Of a DNA stretch of 47,064 bases, positions 30,538 to 39,998 are shown piece by piece; positions within the stretch are counted from its first letter, which is position 1; every line of letters starts with the position of its first letter. The DNA comes from Phycisphaerales bacterium JB064. Its GTDB lineage: Bacteria; Planctomycetota; Phycisphaerae; Phycisphaerales; UBA1924. The position numbers and the translations under genes were made by a program. The stretch is from assembly GCA_044439825.1 (NCBI GenBank), contig JBITAB010000092.1:1-47064 (forward strand), written 5' to 3'. Under the pieces are notes generated by a model. That model was not told the DNA's origin. It made no database searches and saw nothing but the letters and a program-made list of their open reading frames with translations.

Positions 30538-31095
30538 ATGCCCGCCGCAACCATCGTCCACGACCTTGCCGAGTCCGGAGCGCTTCGGCTCAAGGCGTAC
30601 CAGTACATCCTGGACGTTCCAGCAACCAATGGCACGATCGCCATGAACGCCAGCGACAGCACGACCGTGCTCGTGCCCAAGGGCGGCATGATCTGGAAGA
30701 TGAAGGTTGACCAGATCAACCGATCGAGCGCCATCACTCTTGCCGGCACGAGCGCCACGCGACTGATCCTCTACCGCGATGCTGCGACCGACGACGTTCT
30801 GGCGCAGGCCACAGCCATCTCGGACGGCGCGACGATCGCGCCTGGCGCTCTCAGCTACATCCATGCCGCCGGCATGTTCAACCCTGGCCCTGCCAACGTG
30901 GCCCTGGCGGACGTGACGCCCGCGACGCTCAAGCTCGGAACCGGCCTGATTACCAGCGGCGTCCTCGGCCTTGCCTCTGGCGCTGGCTTCAGCAAGATCA
31001 GCACCGGCCTTGCCAACGCCCTGCGCGTGCAGTTCTGGGTGGCCATCCCCTACTACAACGCGGACCCGGACAAGGCCGATCCCAAGTGGTCATAA
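30538..31095 (+). CDS. tail adaptor-like protein (T7 gp11 position and size)
   Basis: The protein is 185 aa and lies immediately before the nozzle-like gene. The call is inferred from gene order only. Confidence 0.45.
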   Translation: MPAATIVHDLAESGALRLKAYQYILDVPATNGTIAMNASDSTTVLVPKGGMIWKMKVDQINRSSAITLAGTSATRLILYRDAATDDVLAQATAISDGATIAPGALSYIHAAGMFNPGPANVALADVTPATLKLGTGLITSGVLGLASGAGFSKISTGLANALRVQFWVAIPYYNADPDKADPKWS

Positions 31096-31104
31096 GGGGG
31101 CCCC

Positions 31105-32784
31105 ATGCCGCGTGCGCGACCGGGCTTCCCGCTCAAGGGCGCGACCGATAGGTCGTCGTTCCAGGACAATCCTGACGGCTATGCGCCCATCAGCTACATG
31201 CTCAACGTGCGCCCACGCGACGTGTACGAGGGGCGCGAGCGCGGCGGGCAGCGCCCCGGCCTTGTCGGTCTTGCGACGGCCAGCGGGGAGGCGTGGGGTC
31301 AGGTCGGCGAGGGCCCGATCCAACTGATCCAGGCCATCGAGCGCCCCGCGCGCATCGAGGGCTACGAGATCGGCGTCTGCCGAGACGCCTTCGCCTTCTT
31401 CGACAGCCGCGACGGCGCGACGCAGTTGCAGGGCAACCTGTACGTCGCCAAGGGCAAGACGACCACTCGGCCCGGCGTGATCCGCAACGCCGACATCGGC
31501 GACGCCCTGGCCTTTTCTGGGCGCGGCAGCCCGGCCAGCCGCATCTACGTCGAGGCGGCGGCCTTCTACGGCGAGAACGCCATCTTCGGGGCGCTCAACG
31601 AGCTTCCGGGCAACGAGGCGGGCAGCACCAGCGAGCACTTCCTGTTCAAGACCTACTTCGCGGCCGGTCGTCCGGGCGGCGGCTTCGGAAGCCCGCAGTG
31701 GGACGTGGTCAGCCAGACTGGCCTGCCGCTCGACGGCGCGACGCCCGTGCAACCCTACCCGTGCGACGCGGTGTGCGCCTTCCCTCCGGGCATCGGTTAC
31801 GCCAGCGACAACCTCAACGGGGTCGGCTTCGCCTCGCTGAGCAACCCCCTGAGCGTCAACGGCGAGCGTGACTGGGCCTATCTGGCGGCGTTCGACCTGA
31901 CGGCCAGCAGCAACCACCTCATCACCTACGTCAACCCACGCTTCGAGGAGAAGGGCCCAGGCGGCGCTCCCGAGAAGCCCGGTGCGCAGGAGATCCGGGC
32001 GCTGCGCGCGGTCGTTCAGGGCGGCCGGGCCTACGTCTACTTCACCTATCGCACCAACCCGATGGTGCACAGCAAGATCGGCCGCTTCGACGTGACCGAC
32101 TTCACGACCGCCAGCGGCACGTTCTCGCACGACGGCCTGAGCGGCGCGGTGCAGATCGACGGGTCCGGGCTCGACGAGACGGCGATCAACTACCCCCGCG
32201 GTGCGACGCCCGGCGACGTGTGCGTGGCTCCGAACGGTGCGGTCTACTTCACGAGGTCCAGCACGGGCTACGGGCGCGTGGGCACGGCCCTGGAGATCGA
32301 CCCGCTCAACCCCGCCCGCGTCCCCGTCACCGTGGTCAAGATCAACCCCACAGGCACGGCGTTCGAGTGGGAGATCGGCTGGCGGGCGACGGGCTCGCCG
32401 CAGCTTGACGGCCTGGGCGTGCGCGAGCCGGAAGTGACCTGCTGTGATTGCGACGCCACGGGCGTGTACGTCGGCAGCCACGACGGGCATGTGGCCAAGC
32501 TCGACCAGCAGGACGGTCGCGTGCGATGGGAGAACCAGATCATCTCTGGCTCCAACCGCATCACCGGCTGCCGGATCGATCCTGCCGATGGCAACCCCAT
32601 CTTCTCGGGCGGGTCGTCGCTGCTGGGCTCTGGCACGACGAACTTCGCCTTTGCGATCAAGGTGGACCGGACCAACGGACGGCAGATGTGGATTCTGCCT
32701 GCGGGCGGCGCTCCTGAGATCGGGCGCTGCATCGACATCCACCCGACGAGCGACCTGTTCCTGATCGGGAAGTACAGCAAGTAA
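31105..32784 (+). CDS. tail nozzle-like protein with beta-propeller repeats
   Basis: The protein is 559 aa. The N-terminus FPLKGATDRSSFQDNPDGYAPISYMLNVRP...GGQRPGL resembles the N-terminal pattern of T7 gp12-type tail tubular proteins. The C-terminal half has PQQ/propeller-like repeats (VYVGSHDGHVAKLDQQDGRVRWE). Confidence 0.55.
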   Translation: MPRARPGFPLKGATDRSSFQDNPDGYAPISYMLNVRPRDVYEGRERGGQRPGLVGLATASGEAWGQVGEGPIQLIQAIERPARIEGYEIGVCRDAFAFFDSRDGATQLQGNLYVAKGKTTTRPGVIRNADIGDALAFSGRGSPASRIYVEAAAFYGENAIFGALNELPGNEAGSTSEHFLFKTYFAAGRPGGGFGSPQWDVVSQTGLPLDGATPVQPYPCDAVCAFPPGIGYASDNLNGVGFASLSNPLSVNGERDWAYLAAFDLTASSNHLITYVNPRFEEKGPGGAPEKPGAQEIRALRAVVQGGRAYVYFTYRTNPMVHSKIGRFDVTDFTTASGTFSHDGLSGAVQIDGSGLDETAINYPRGATPGDVCVAPNGAVYFTRSSTGYGRVGTALEIDPLNPARVPVTVVKINPTGTAFEWEIGWRATGSPQLDGLGVREPEVTCCDCDATGVYVGSHDGHVAKLDQQDGRVRWENQIISGSNRITGCRIDPADGNPIFSGGSSLLGSGTTNFAFAIKVDRTNGRQMWILPAGGAPEIGRCIDIHPTSDLFLIGKYSK

Positions 32785-32793
32785 GGAGTTGAT

Positions 32794-33210
32794 ATGCGAA
32801 AGCTGACGGATTGTGACGTTGAAGGCAAGTGCGCGAACCTGGACGTGTACGTCCATGATGAGCCTGGGCAGGGTGGCGCATGCCATCTGTACAGCATCGG
32901 CGGGTATGACACCAGCACCAACCCATCGAGCGACGCTGTGGAGTTCAGGAGCCCGCCCATCGACCGGACTGGTACGTCGATCTTGTTCCAGAACGGGCCA
33001 ATCGACGAGGACGGCAACGGTGCCAACGGCATCCAGATCGAGAACCTGCTGGCCATCGTGCAGGATCGCCTTCGTGGCTTCCAGAGCGGCAAGTACGCCT
33101 GCGACGCCAACCAGATCGCGCTCGACCACACGACCGCCGCGCTCGAAGCCCTCAAGGCTCGCACACGCGAGCGCCTGGGCCGTGGCGTCGAAGGAACCCA
33201 CACGGTTTAA
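32794..33210 (+). CDS. small conserved phage protein
   Basis: Track ORF with SD TAAGGAGTTGAT-ATG. The motif is FQNGPIDEDGNGANGIQIENLLAIVQDRLRGFQSGKYAC...RGVEGTHTV. Confidence 0.7.
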   Translation: MRKLTDCDVEGKCANLDVYVHDEPGQGGACHLYSIGGYDTSTNPSSDAVEFRSPPIDRTGTSILFQNGPIDEDGNGANGIQIENLLAIVQDRLRGFQSGKYACDANQIALDHTTAALEALKARTRERLGRGVEGTHTV

Positions 33211-33213
33211 CCC

Positions 33214-35496
33214 ATGACCTGGACGCGCGTGACCGGCCAGCCCAAGGTGCTCCTGCACAACGGGTCGGGTCGTGACGTGGCCATTTCCGGGATGCAGAGC
33301 GGGAGCGGCGAGTTCGATCCCGACCAGATGCTCCGGGACATGGGCACGTATCTGGTGACGGCCGGGCGCGCGGACCACCTGATCCGTTGGGCGCTGCACA
33401 CCAGCGAGGACGGACGCCAGTGCATCGAGGCCGGGATCTTCGAGGGCAATTCGCTTGACGCTGCCGATTCTGGAGCGCGCGGCAGCGGCTTGTACGCGGC
33501 CATCGTCCGAGTCAACTGGAACGACGCGCTCTCGGAGGCGGACGCATGGACTGTCCTGGCGGCGTCGAGCGGCGATCTGGTGTCGATCAACGCGATCGGC
33601 AGCACGACGACCAACGACGTGGAGATCGAGCCACGCATCGAGGCGGGCAACATCCACGTTCGGATCTATGGCCAGCGTGTGACCCCGGACTACGCCCTGA
33701 CGCCAGCCGACTACCCCGAGTTCACGGACTTCGGGGTGGTGACCGAGGTCGACCAGGCGACCGCCAAGTTTGGCCGCGTCTGCGGGCTGGACGCGATCAC
33801 AAGCAGCGCCGGGCAGATCATCTGCATCATCTCGAATGGCGTGCTCTACGTCAGCGAGGGGTTCGGGACGCCGGTGCGCAAGGGCCCGATCTGCCGGGGA
33901 TCGGACACCCAGCCGAGCGCGACGGTCTACGACGCCCGACTGTTCGTGGTGGACGGTCAGGTCGCAAACTACTACGACGCCTCCGACGACACGATCTACC
34001 CGTGGGGGCCGGTGGATGCGGACTACTGGGACTCGACGACGACGGGCTACCTGCCGGGAGCGCCGGTGGACCCGAGCGGGGCGGATCGTCGCCAGATCGG
34101 GGTGACGACGGCGACGGTGGTGACGACCCACCTGAACCGCGTCATGCTCGCCGGGATGCCCGAGGCCCGCGCTGACGTGTGGGCCAGCGCCGTGGGCGAC
34201 CCCTTCGACTACAACCTTGGCGCTCTGACCGATGGACGCGCATGGCGTCTGGCGACCGAGTTGTCCGCCGGCCAGCCGCGCACGCCCATCACCGGCATGT
34301 GGTCCTACGCCGACGACTACCTCCTGATCGGCGGTCTGGGCGACATCACGATCCTGCGCGGCGATCCGGTCTTCGACCAGGGCCGCGTTGGCCTCGTGAC
34401 GACCGACGCCGGGATTCCGCACAAGACGGCCGCCTGGGTCAGCGATCGCGGCGTGGTCTACGCCGTCACCGAGCAGGGCCTTGCCGTCATCGCCGGCGAC
34501 CAGATCACCTACCCGTCCAAGGACGTGCTCACGCACACCATCGCCAAGCTGAGCAACGCCAACCGCTACCGCACGCGGATCGTGCACGACGCCGACCGCT
34601 ATGGCGTGCTGATCGCCTTCGACCCGGTGGCGGCCACGGAAGTCTCCACGCACCTGTGGTGGGACGTTCGCACGATGGGCTTCTTCCCCGAGCAGTACCC
34701 CGTGGACATGGGACCGACCGCCCTGGCTCGCGTCGGCAACCGGATGCTGCTGGGCTCGAGGGACGGCTACGTCTACGAGTTCTCCGACGCGTCCAAGGCC
34801 GACGAAACGCCCGATGGCGGGCAGGCGATCGATTCCTACGTCCCCCTCACGCTCATGCACAACACCGAGGACCCGTCGCGGGCCATGCGCCTGACGACGT
34901 GGACGCTGGTGAAGGACACGCGCAGCGACGAGATCGACGTGTACGTGCAGGGTGCCAACACGGCCGAGTTCGCCTACCGCAGCCCCAAGATCAAGATCGC
35001 CACGCGCACGAGCGGATCACGGACGGTGCGCACGCGGCCGGTCAGGGCCCAGAGCGTGGTCATCTTCCTCCACAGCCCGGTGCAGGACGGGGCGAGCTCG
35101 TGGGCGTTCGAGAACTGCGTCGCCGAGTGGATGCCCGGTGGCGTCGTGCTCGAATCCATCACCGAGAGCTATTGCGGCGCGTCCGGCAGCGGGTCGGGAT
35201 CTGGCTCGGGCAGTGGGTCTGGTTCCGGGTCGGGCTCGGGCAGCGGCGGCGGGTTCGGCGACCCTGGCGCTGGATCGGGCTCGGGGTCTGGCTCTGGCGA
35301 CCCCATCGAGAGCGGTAGCGGGTCGGGCGTGTTCGGCCCGATCCCAAGCGGCTCGGGCGGCACGACGCCGGGCGGGGCGGTCTTTGGCCCCATCAGCAGC
35401 GACATCATCTCGCCCAACACCACAGGCGTCGGCGACAACGCCGGCGCGAGCGGCGCGGCGGGCAGCGGCGAGTTCGGCTGGGGGATGAGTTCATGA
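33214..35496 (+). CDS. large tail/virion protein with C-terminal (SG)n tail
   Basis: The protein is 760 aa. The C-terminal 100 or so residues are SGSGSG... and G/S/P-rich. Its stop overlaps the start of the next gene (ATGA). Confidence 0.75.
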   Translation: MTWTRVTGQPKVLLHNGSGRDVAISGMQSGSGEFDPDQMLRDMGTYLVTAGRADHLIRWALHTSEDGRQCIEAGIFEGNSLDAADSGARGSGLYAAIVRVNWNDALSEADAWTVLAASSGDLVSINAIGSTTTNDVEIEPRIEAGNIHVRIYGQRVTPDYALTPADYPEFTDFGVVTEVDQATAKFGRVCGLDAITSSAGQIICIISNGVLYVSEGFGTPVRKGPICRGSDTQPSATVYDARLFVVDGQVANYYDASDDTIYPWGPVDADYWDSTTTGYLPGAPVDPSGADRRQIGVTTATVVTTHLNRVMLAGMPEARADVWASAVGDPFDYNLGALTDGRAWRLATELSAGQPRTPITGMWSYADDYLLIGGLGDITILRGDPVFDQGRVGLVTTDAGIPHKTAAWVSDRGVVYAVTEQGLAVIAGDQITYPSKDVLTHTIAKLSNANRYRTRIVHDADRYGVLIAFDPVAATEVSTHLWWDVRTMGFFPEQYPVDMGPTALARVGNRMLLGSRDGYVYEFSDASKADETPDGGQAIDSYVPLTLMHNTEDPSRAMRLTTWTLVKDTRSDEIDVYVQGANTAEFAYRSPKIKIATRTSGSRTVRTRPVRAQSVVIFLHSPVQDGASSWAFENCVAEWMPGGVVLESITESYCGASGSGSGSGSGSGSGSGSGSGSGGGFGDPGAGSGSGSGSGDPIESGSGSGVFGPIPSGSGGTTPGGAVFGPISSDIISPNTTGVGDNAGASGAAGSGEFGWGMSS

Positions 35497-36395
35497 ACCT
35501 GCTGGAGAACCCCGCAAACGGCATCGGCGACGCGATCCTGTTCGCGTGGCTGGCGGTGCACGCCAAGGCCGCCGGGATCGACGTGGGCCTGTACATGGAC
35601 CGCCACCACGACTGGGTGGCCCCTGTCGTCGGCGTGGACGCACTGCTGACCTGCCGCTCGGGCGAGGCATCCCGCGATCGCACCAAGGCGTGGGAAGCCA
35701 TGTGCACGGCCGAGAAGCTGATGCGCAACCGCGGCGAGGCCAAGCACCGCCTGGACGCCTGGGCCAAGCACTTCGGATTGGAGCTCGACGGCTTCGAGCG
35801 CCCGGTGTGCGAGATCCACCCGCACGATCAGGCGTTCGCCGACGAGTGGTGGGCACGGACGGCGACGGACACCAAGGTCGCCAGCGACGCCCTGCGCGTG
35901 CTCGTGTTCCCGGCCTGTGCCTGGGCCCAGCGCCGCTGGCCGAAGGCGTACTGGATCGACGTGGCCGGGAGCCTCAAGGAGTGCGGGCACGCCGTCCTGG
36001 CGATGGTCGAGAGCGACGCGGACCAGAAGCATTGCGGCTTCCCGTTCGGGCTCTGGGGCACGACGCCTGGCCAGTGCTGGGCGATCGTGGCCGGTGCCGA
36101 CGTGGTGCTGAGCGCCGACACGGGGCCGGCGCACCTCGCGGCGACGCTGGGCAAGCCCGTGGTGGTGGCGCAGGGGCCGACGCGCGCGGAGTGGGTGTTC
36201 GGGCACGCGGCCGACACCATCACGTCGGTGAGCGGTTCGAGGCCGTGCACGGGCTGCGATCTGGAGACCGAGAAGGGGTTTGCCGACCACTGCCTGCACG
36301 GGTGCCAGAGCCTCATGGACCTGACGCCGCGCGTGCTGCTGGCGGCGGCCCTCGAGGTCTGCGCCGAGGCCAAGGCGGAAAGGGCCATCGCGTGA
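35493..36395 (+). CDS. GT9 (heptosyltransferase)-like glycosyltransferase 1
   Basis: Motifs are an N-terminal NGIGDAILFAW, the donor-binding VVLSADTGPAHLAATLGKPVVV, and a C-terminal Cys motif PCTGC...C.HGCQSLMDL. Confidence 0.8.
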   Translation: MNLLENPANGIGDAILFAWLAVHAKAAGIDVGLYMDRHHDWVAPVVGVDALLTCRSGEASRDRTKAWEAMCTAEKLMRNRGEAKHRLDAWAKHFGLELDGFERPVCEIHPHDQAFADEWWARTATDTKVASDALRVLVFPACAWAQRRWPKAYWIDVAGSLKECGHAVLAMVESDADQKHCGFPFGLWGTTPGQCWAIVAGADVVLSADTGPAHLAATLGKPVVVAQGPTRAEWVFGHAADTITSVSGSRPCTGCDLETEKGFADHCLHGCQSLMDLTPRVLLAAALEVCAEAKAERAIA

Positions 36396-37327
36396 CGCAC
36401 ACCAGCCACCGCACCGACCACGGCCTGACGGTCATCGACGCCTGCTACGACGGGCTCGGGGACGCCATCACCTACGCCTGGATCGCGCGCACGGCGGCCG
36501 ACAACGGCGAGCCCGTGGCGGTCAACTTCGGGCGCTGGCACGACGTGGCGGTCCTGCTGGACGTGGAGCCGTGGGCGACCTTCGAGCACAGCGATCGCTA
36601 CTACACCCAGCGCAGCGGGTTCAGCAAGCACCACCTGGGCGAGATCGAGGCGGTGTTCGACTGGCATCGTGACGGCGGCGACATGCCCACACGCTTCGCC
36701 TCCTGGTGCGCCTTCTTCGGGGTCGATGGTGGCCAGCCGTCGCGGCCCATGTACGTCGAGGACGAGCGCGACGCGATCGAGGCGGAAGCCTCGTGGAAGG
36801 CCGTGCGCGAGGGCTTGCAGAAGGCGGGCAAGGCCGCCGATGGGCCGGTGGTGGTCCTGTCCCCGATCGCCAATTCCGCCGAGCGGTCGTGGCCGATGGC
36901 TCGCTGGGGCGAGCTGGCCAAGACGATGATCGAGGCCGGGTGCGTGGTGGCCGTGGTCGTGCCCGATGGCGTGGACCCCAAGCACTTCCCGGCGGTGATC
37001 GGGACCGAGCGACTGGGCTCGCTGTTCGCCATCGTGCAGAGGGCCGATCTGGTCATCAGCGGCGACTCCGGGCTCGCGCACGTTGGCGGGACGCTGGGCG
37101 TGGCGACGCTCGTGGTCGCGGGCGGGACCGACCCTGCCGTGGTGTTCAGCCACATGGGCGAGGTCGTGACCTGGGTGGGCAACGACGAGATGGCCTGCAC
37201 GGGCTGCCACTGGGACACGGACAAGGGCTATCGGCGGGCGTGCCAGAGCGGCTGCCAGAGCCTCCTGACGCTCTCGGTCGATCGCGTGATGGACGCGGCC
37301 GATGCGAGGCTGGAGGTGCGCCGATGA
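36392..37327 (+). CDS. GT9 (heptosyltransferase)-like glycosyltransferase 2
   Basis: This is the last 311 codons of track ORF 35546..37327. The GTG at 36392 overlaps the upstream stop (GTGA). Motifs are DGLGDAITYAW, LVISGDSGLAHVGGTLGVATLVV, ACTGC...CQSGCQSLLTL. Confidence 0.8.
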   Translation: MTHTSHRTDHGLTVIDACYDGLGDAITYAWIARTAADNGEPVAVNFGRWHDVAVLLDVEPWATFEHSDRYYTQRSGFSKHHLGEIEAVFDWHRDGGDMPTRFASWCAFFGVDGGQPSRPMYVEDERDAIEAEASWKAVREGLQKAGKAADGPVVVLSPIANSAERSWPMARWGELAKTMIEAGCVVAVVVPDGVDPKHFPAVIGTERLGSLFAIVQRADLVISGDSGLAHVGGTLGVATLVVAGGTDPAVVFSHMGEVVTWVGNDEMACTGCHWDTDKGYRRACQSGCQSLLTLSVDRVMDAADARLEVRR

Positions 37328-37707
37328 GCAGGGCTGGCGCAGCGCACGGCGGGGCGGACCCGAGGGACACGAGTGCGATTCGTCGGACGCTGCGCCAGTT
37401 GCAGAAGGGCGTCGAGGACAACCTGTTCTCGTCGGCGGGCGGCACGGTCAGCCTGACCTTCGCAGACAGCCCGCACGACCTGAAGCGCCGGACGCTCATG
37501 GCGTTTGCCGACACGACCGGCGGGCAGGTGGTGGTCAACCTGCCGACTTCGGACAGGTCCATGAAGGTGCTCGTGGTGCAGACGGACGGGGCGAACGGCA
37601 TCGTGCTGGCGGCCCAGAGCGGCCAGACCATCGACGGCGTGGCCAGCGCGTCGGGCGACAGCAGGTGGGTAGCGACTCCCGGCAACGGGGCTTGGCACAC
37701 GATTTAG
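37324..37707 (+). CDS. hypothetical virion-associated protein
   Basis: This is the inner part of track ORF 36706..37707. The ATG at 37324 overlaps the upstream stop (ATGA). Confidence 0.65.
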   Translation: MSRAGAAHGGADPRDTSAIRRTLRQLQKGVEDNLFSSAGGTVSLTFADSPHDLKRRTLMAFADTTGGQVVVNLPTSDRSMKVLVVQTDGANGIVLAAQSGQTIDGVASASGDSRWVATPGNGAWHTI

Positions 37708-37716
37708 GAGGCGGAC

Positions 37717-38688
37717 ATGAGTTGGGCAGTTGCAGGCGGACTCGCGGCCGGAGGGCTGGCGAGCGCGTTCGGTTCGCCCGGTGGGTTCTCCAGCAAGCAG
37801 TACATCGCGCCGGGCTTGAGCGATCGGAACGCGCACAACCTGAGCATGGACGCCTACCGGCGCTCGCAGATGGCGCTGTACGGGCAGGCGTACGACCCGC
37901 ACGGCACGAATCCCTACGCGGGCGTACCGAGCTACACCGGGCAGATGCAGGGCTTGATCGGGCAGGCCCAGCAGGCCGGGCAGGGCATCTACGACCTGTA
38001 TGGGCAGGCCGATCGCCGGATGCAGGGCGCGTTTGGCCAGCAGGACCGGCTGTACCAGCAGGCGGGCGGCGACGCCCAGCGTGCGGCACAGCGTGCGACG
38101 CAGGACGCCATGAGCCTGTACAGCGGCTATGGGCAGGGCGCACAGCAGAGCATCCAGGACGCCTACCAGCGGCAGATCGGCAACATCGACCAGGGCCGGG
38201 CGATGGCTCGCACACGCGGCAACTTCTCGGGCGACGACATGCTCGCGGCCGGGCAGCGGCGTGAGGCGATGCAGGGGTACAACCAGTCGATGACCGGGCT
38301 GGCTGGCCAGCAGGCGCAGCTCATGGGCGGCGCTCTCGAGCGTGGCCGCTCGCAGGAGCTTGGCGTCCGGCAGGGCTACGACCAGCAGTACATGAACGCC
38401 CTTGGCCAGCGTCCGGGCGCGCAGGCCGGGATGGCCCAGCTTGGGATGCAGGCCCGGCAGAACCAGTTCGGGCTCCCGGCGCAGTTGCAGCAGCAGTTGT
38501 ACGGGCAGCAGTTCCAGACGCAGATGAGCCCGCAGATGCTTTACCCGACGCACGCGCCCACGTTCATGCTGGGCGGCGGCGGGTACCAGCCGCAGAGCAA
38601 CCCGCTCAGCCAGTTCGTGAGCGGCGCTGGCGGCTTGCTGGCGGGCTACGGCGTGAACCAGATGATGTACCCGCAAGGGGGCCGCTAA
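37717..38688 (+). CDS. Q/G-rich internal virion protein candidate
   Basis: Track ORF. It has an N-terminal hydrophobic segment followed by Q/G/A-rich low-complexity sequence. Confidence 0.65.
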   Translation: MSWAVAGGLAAGGLASAFGSPGGFSSKQYIAPGLSDRNAHNLSMDAYRRSQMALYGQAYDPHGTNPYAGVPSYTGQMQGLIGQAQQAGQGIYDLYGQADRRMQGAFGQQDRLYQQAGGDAQRAAQRATQDAMSLYSGYGQGAQQSIQDAYQRQIGNIDQGRAMARTRGNFSGDDMLAAGQRREAMQGYNQSMTGLAGQQAQLMGGALERGRSQELGVRQGYDQQYMNALGQRPGAQAGMAQLGMQARQNQFGLPAQLQQQLYGQQFQTQMSPQMLYPTHAPTFMLGGGGYQPQSNPLSQFVSGAGGLLAGYGVNQMMYPQGGR

Positions 38689-39998
38689 TGCCGTGGGCAA
38701 ACTTCCTTGGTGGCTTCCAGACCGCACTCGATGCCGGTGCGCGCCAGCAGCAGTTGTTCCAGCAGCAGCAGGCGATGCAGATCCAGCAGGAGCAGTTCCA
38801 GCAGCAGATGATGCAGCGGCAGGCCGAGGAGGCGTTCCGCCAGCAGATGGCCCAGCAGGGATTCGGGCTGGATCAGGCCCGATTCGGGCTCCAGCAGGAC
38901 CAGTTCGCCTACGGACAGCAGCGCGATCAGGTCGGCGATCAGTTCCGCAACCGCGCCTTCGACTACCAGCAGCAGCGCGACACCGTGGGCGATCAGCAGT
39001 TCGATCAGCGCATGGCCTATCAGGCCGGCCGGGACTACATCGGAGATCAGCAGGTGGCGGCGCGGTTCGGGCTCGCGCAGGATCAGGCCAACTTCAACAT
39101 GGGCATGGCTCGCAACCAGGACGAGCGCGCTGCGGCGCTGCACCCCGAGCAGCTTCGCGCCATCCAGATCGGCAACCAGATCGACATGATGAAGGCCCAG
39201 CAGATGGGCATGCCCGCCAGCGGGTTCCCAGAGGACGCCAACGTGCACCGGCTGGCGATGGAGGCCAGCAGGCAGGCGGCGCAGGCGGCGGCCGACGCCA
39301 TCATGAAGAAGTACGACGGCGTGATGCTCGACCCGCGCAAGGGCCAGAACTCGGTCTTTGACGTGATGAGCCCGCAGGATCAGGCGGCGTACACACAAGC
39401 GATCGGCGATGCCGAGCGATTCGCGGCCGGCATCCAGCGGCTCGGCGGACTCTCGCCCTACATGCAGCAGCCCCAGCAGCAGGTCGTGCCCGGCATGGAG
39501 ACGGTCGGCACTGGCTCGCAGGGCGGCATCATGGACTTCTTCGCGCAGGAGGCCGGGCAGGCACCGCAGCCGTCGCCCGGACCCGGCGTGGTCTACGAGC
39601 GCACGCCACATGCCAACAGCTACGGCCCGCCAGTTGTGCCGCAGGAGCGACCGCGCGAGCCCGAGATGGGCGGCGTGAGCGCCCCGCCCGCCGAGGCCCC
39701 GGTCAACGACACGCCCAGCCAGAGCTTGTTCCAGCGCCTCACGTCGATCAGGACATCGCAGGACATCCTGGCAGCACCCGACGCAGGCCCGTCGATCATG
39801 GAGCAGTACGAAGACCTCCTGCGCCAGATCATGAGCAACAACGACTGGACGATGGAGCAGCGGTTGAAGCTGGCCAGCGGCGTCAATGAGCGCGTCAGCA
39901 CGCTCGTGGCCAACGCTCTGCCGTCCGCTTCGGACGCGCTCGGGCCCATGATGGAGATGACCAACCGGCGTCGCCAGATCGTGAGCGAGTACCAGTAA
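38688..39998 (+). CDS. Q-rich internal virion protein candidate
   Basis: Track ORF. It has repeated Q..RD.VGDQ units, and its start overlaps the upstream stop. Confidence 0.65.
   Translation: MPWANFLGGFQTALDAGARQQQLFQQQQAMQIQQEQFQQQMMQRQAEEAFRQQMAQQGFGLDQARFGLQQDQFAYGQQRDQVGDQFRNRAFDYQQQRDTVGDQQFDQRMAYQAGRDYIGDQQVAARFGLAQDQANFNMGMARNQDERAAALHPEQLRAIQIGNQIDMMKAQQMGMPASGFPEDANVHRLAMEASRQAAQAAADAIMKKYDGVMLDPRKGQNSVFDVMSPQDQAAYTQAIGDAERFAAGIQRLGGLSPYMQQPQQQVVPGMETVGTGSQGGIMDFFAQEAGQAPQPSPGPGVVYERTPHANSYGPPVVPQERPREPEMGGVSAPPAEAPVNDTPSQSLFQRLTSIRTSQDILAAPDAGPSIMEQYEDLLRQIMSNNDWTMEQRLKLASGVNERVSTLVANALPSASDALGPMMEMTNRRRQIVSEYQ

Noticed and set aside
35546-36391. N-terminal 282 codons of the 593-aa track ORF 35546-37327
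   Set aside because: This stretch is out of frame with, and fully overlapped by, the well-supported GT9-like gene 35493-36395. The real gene starts at the GTG at 36392 (GTGA overlap).
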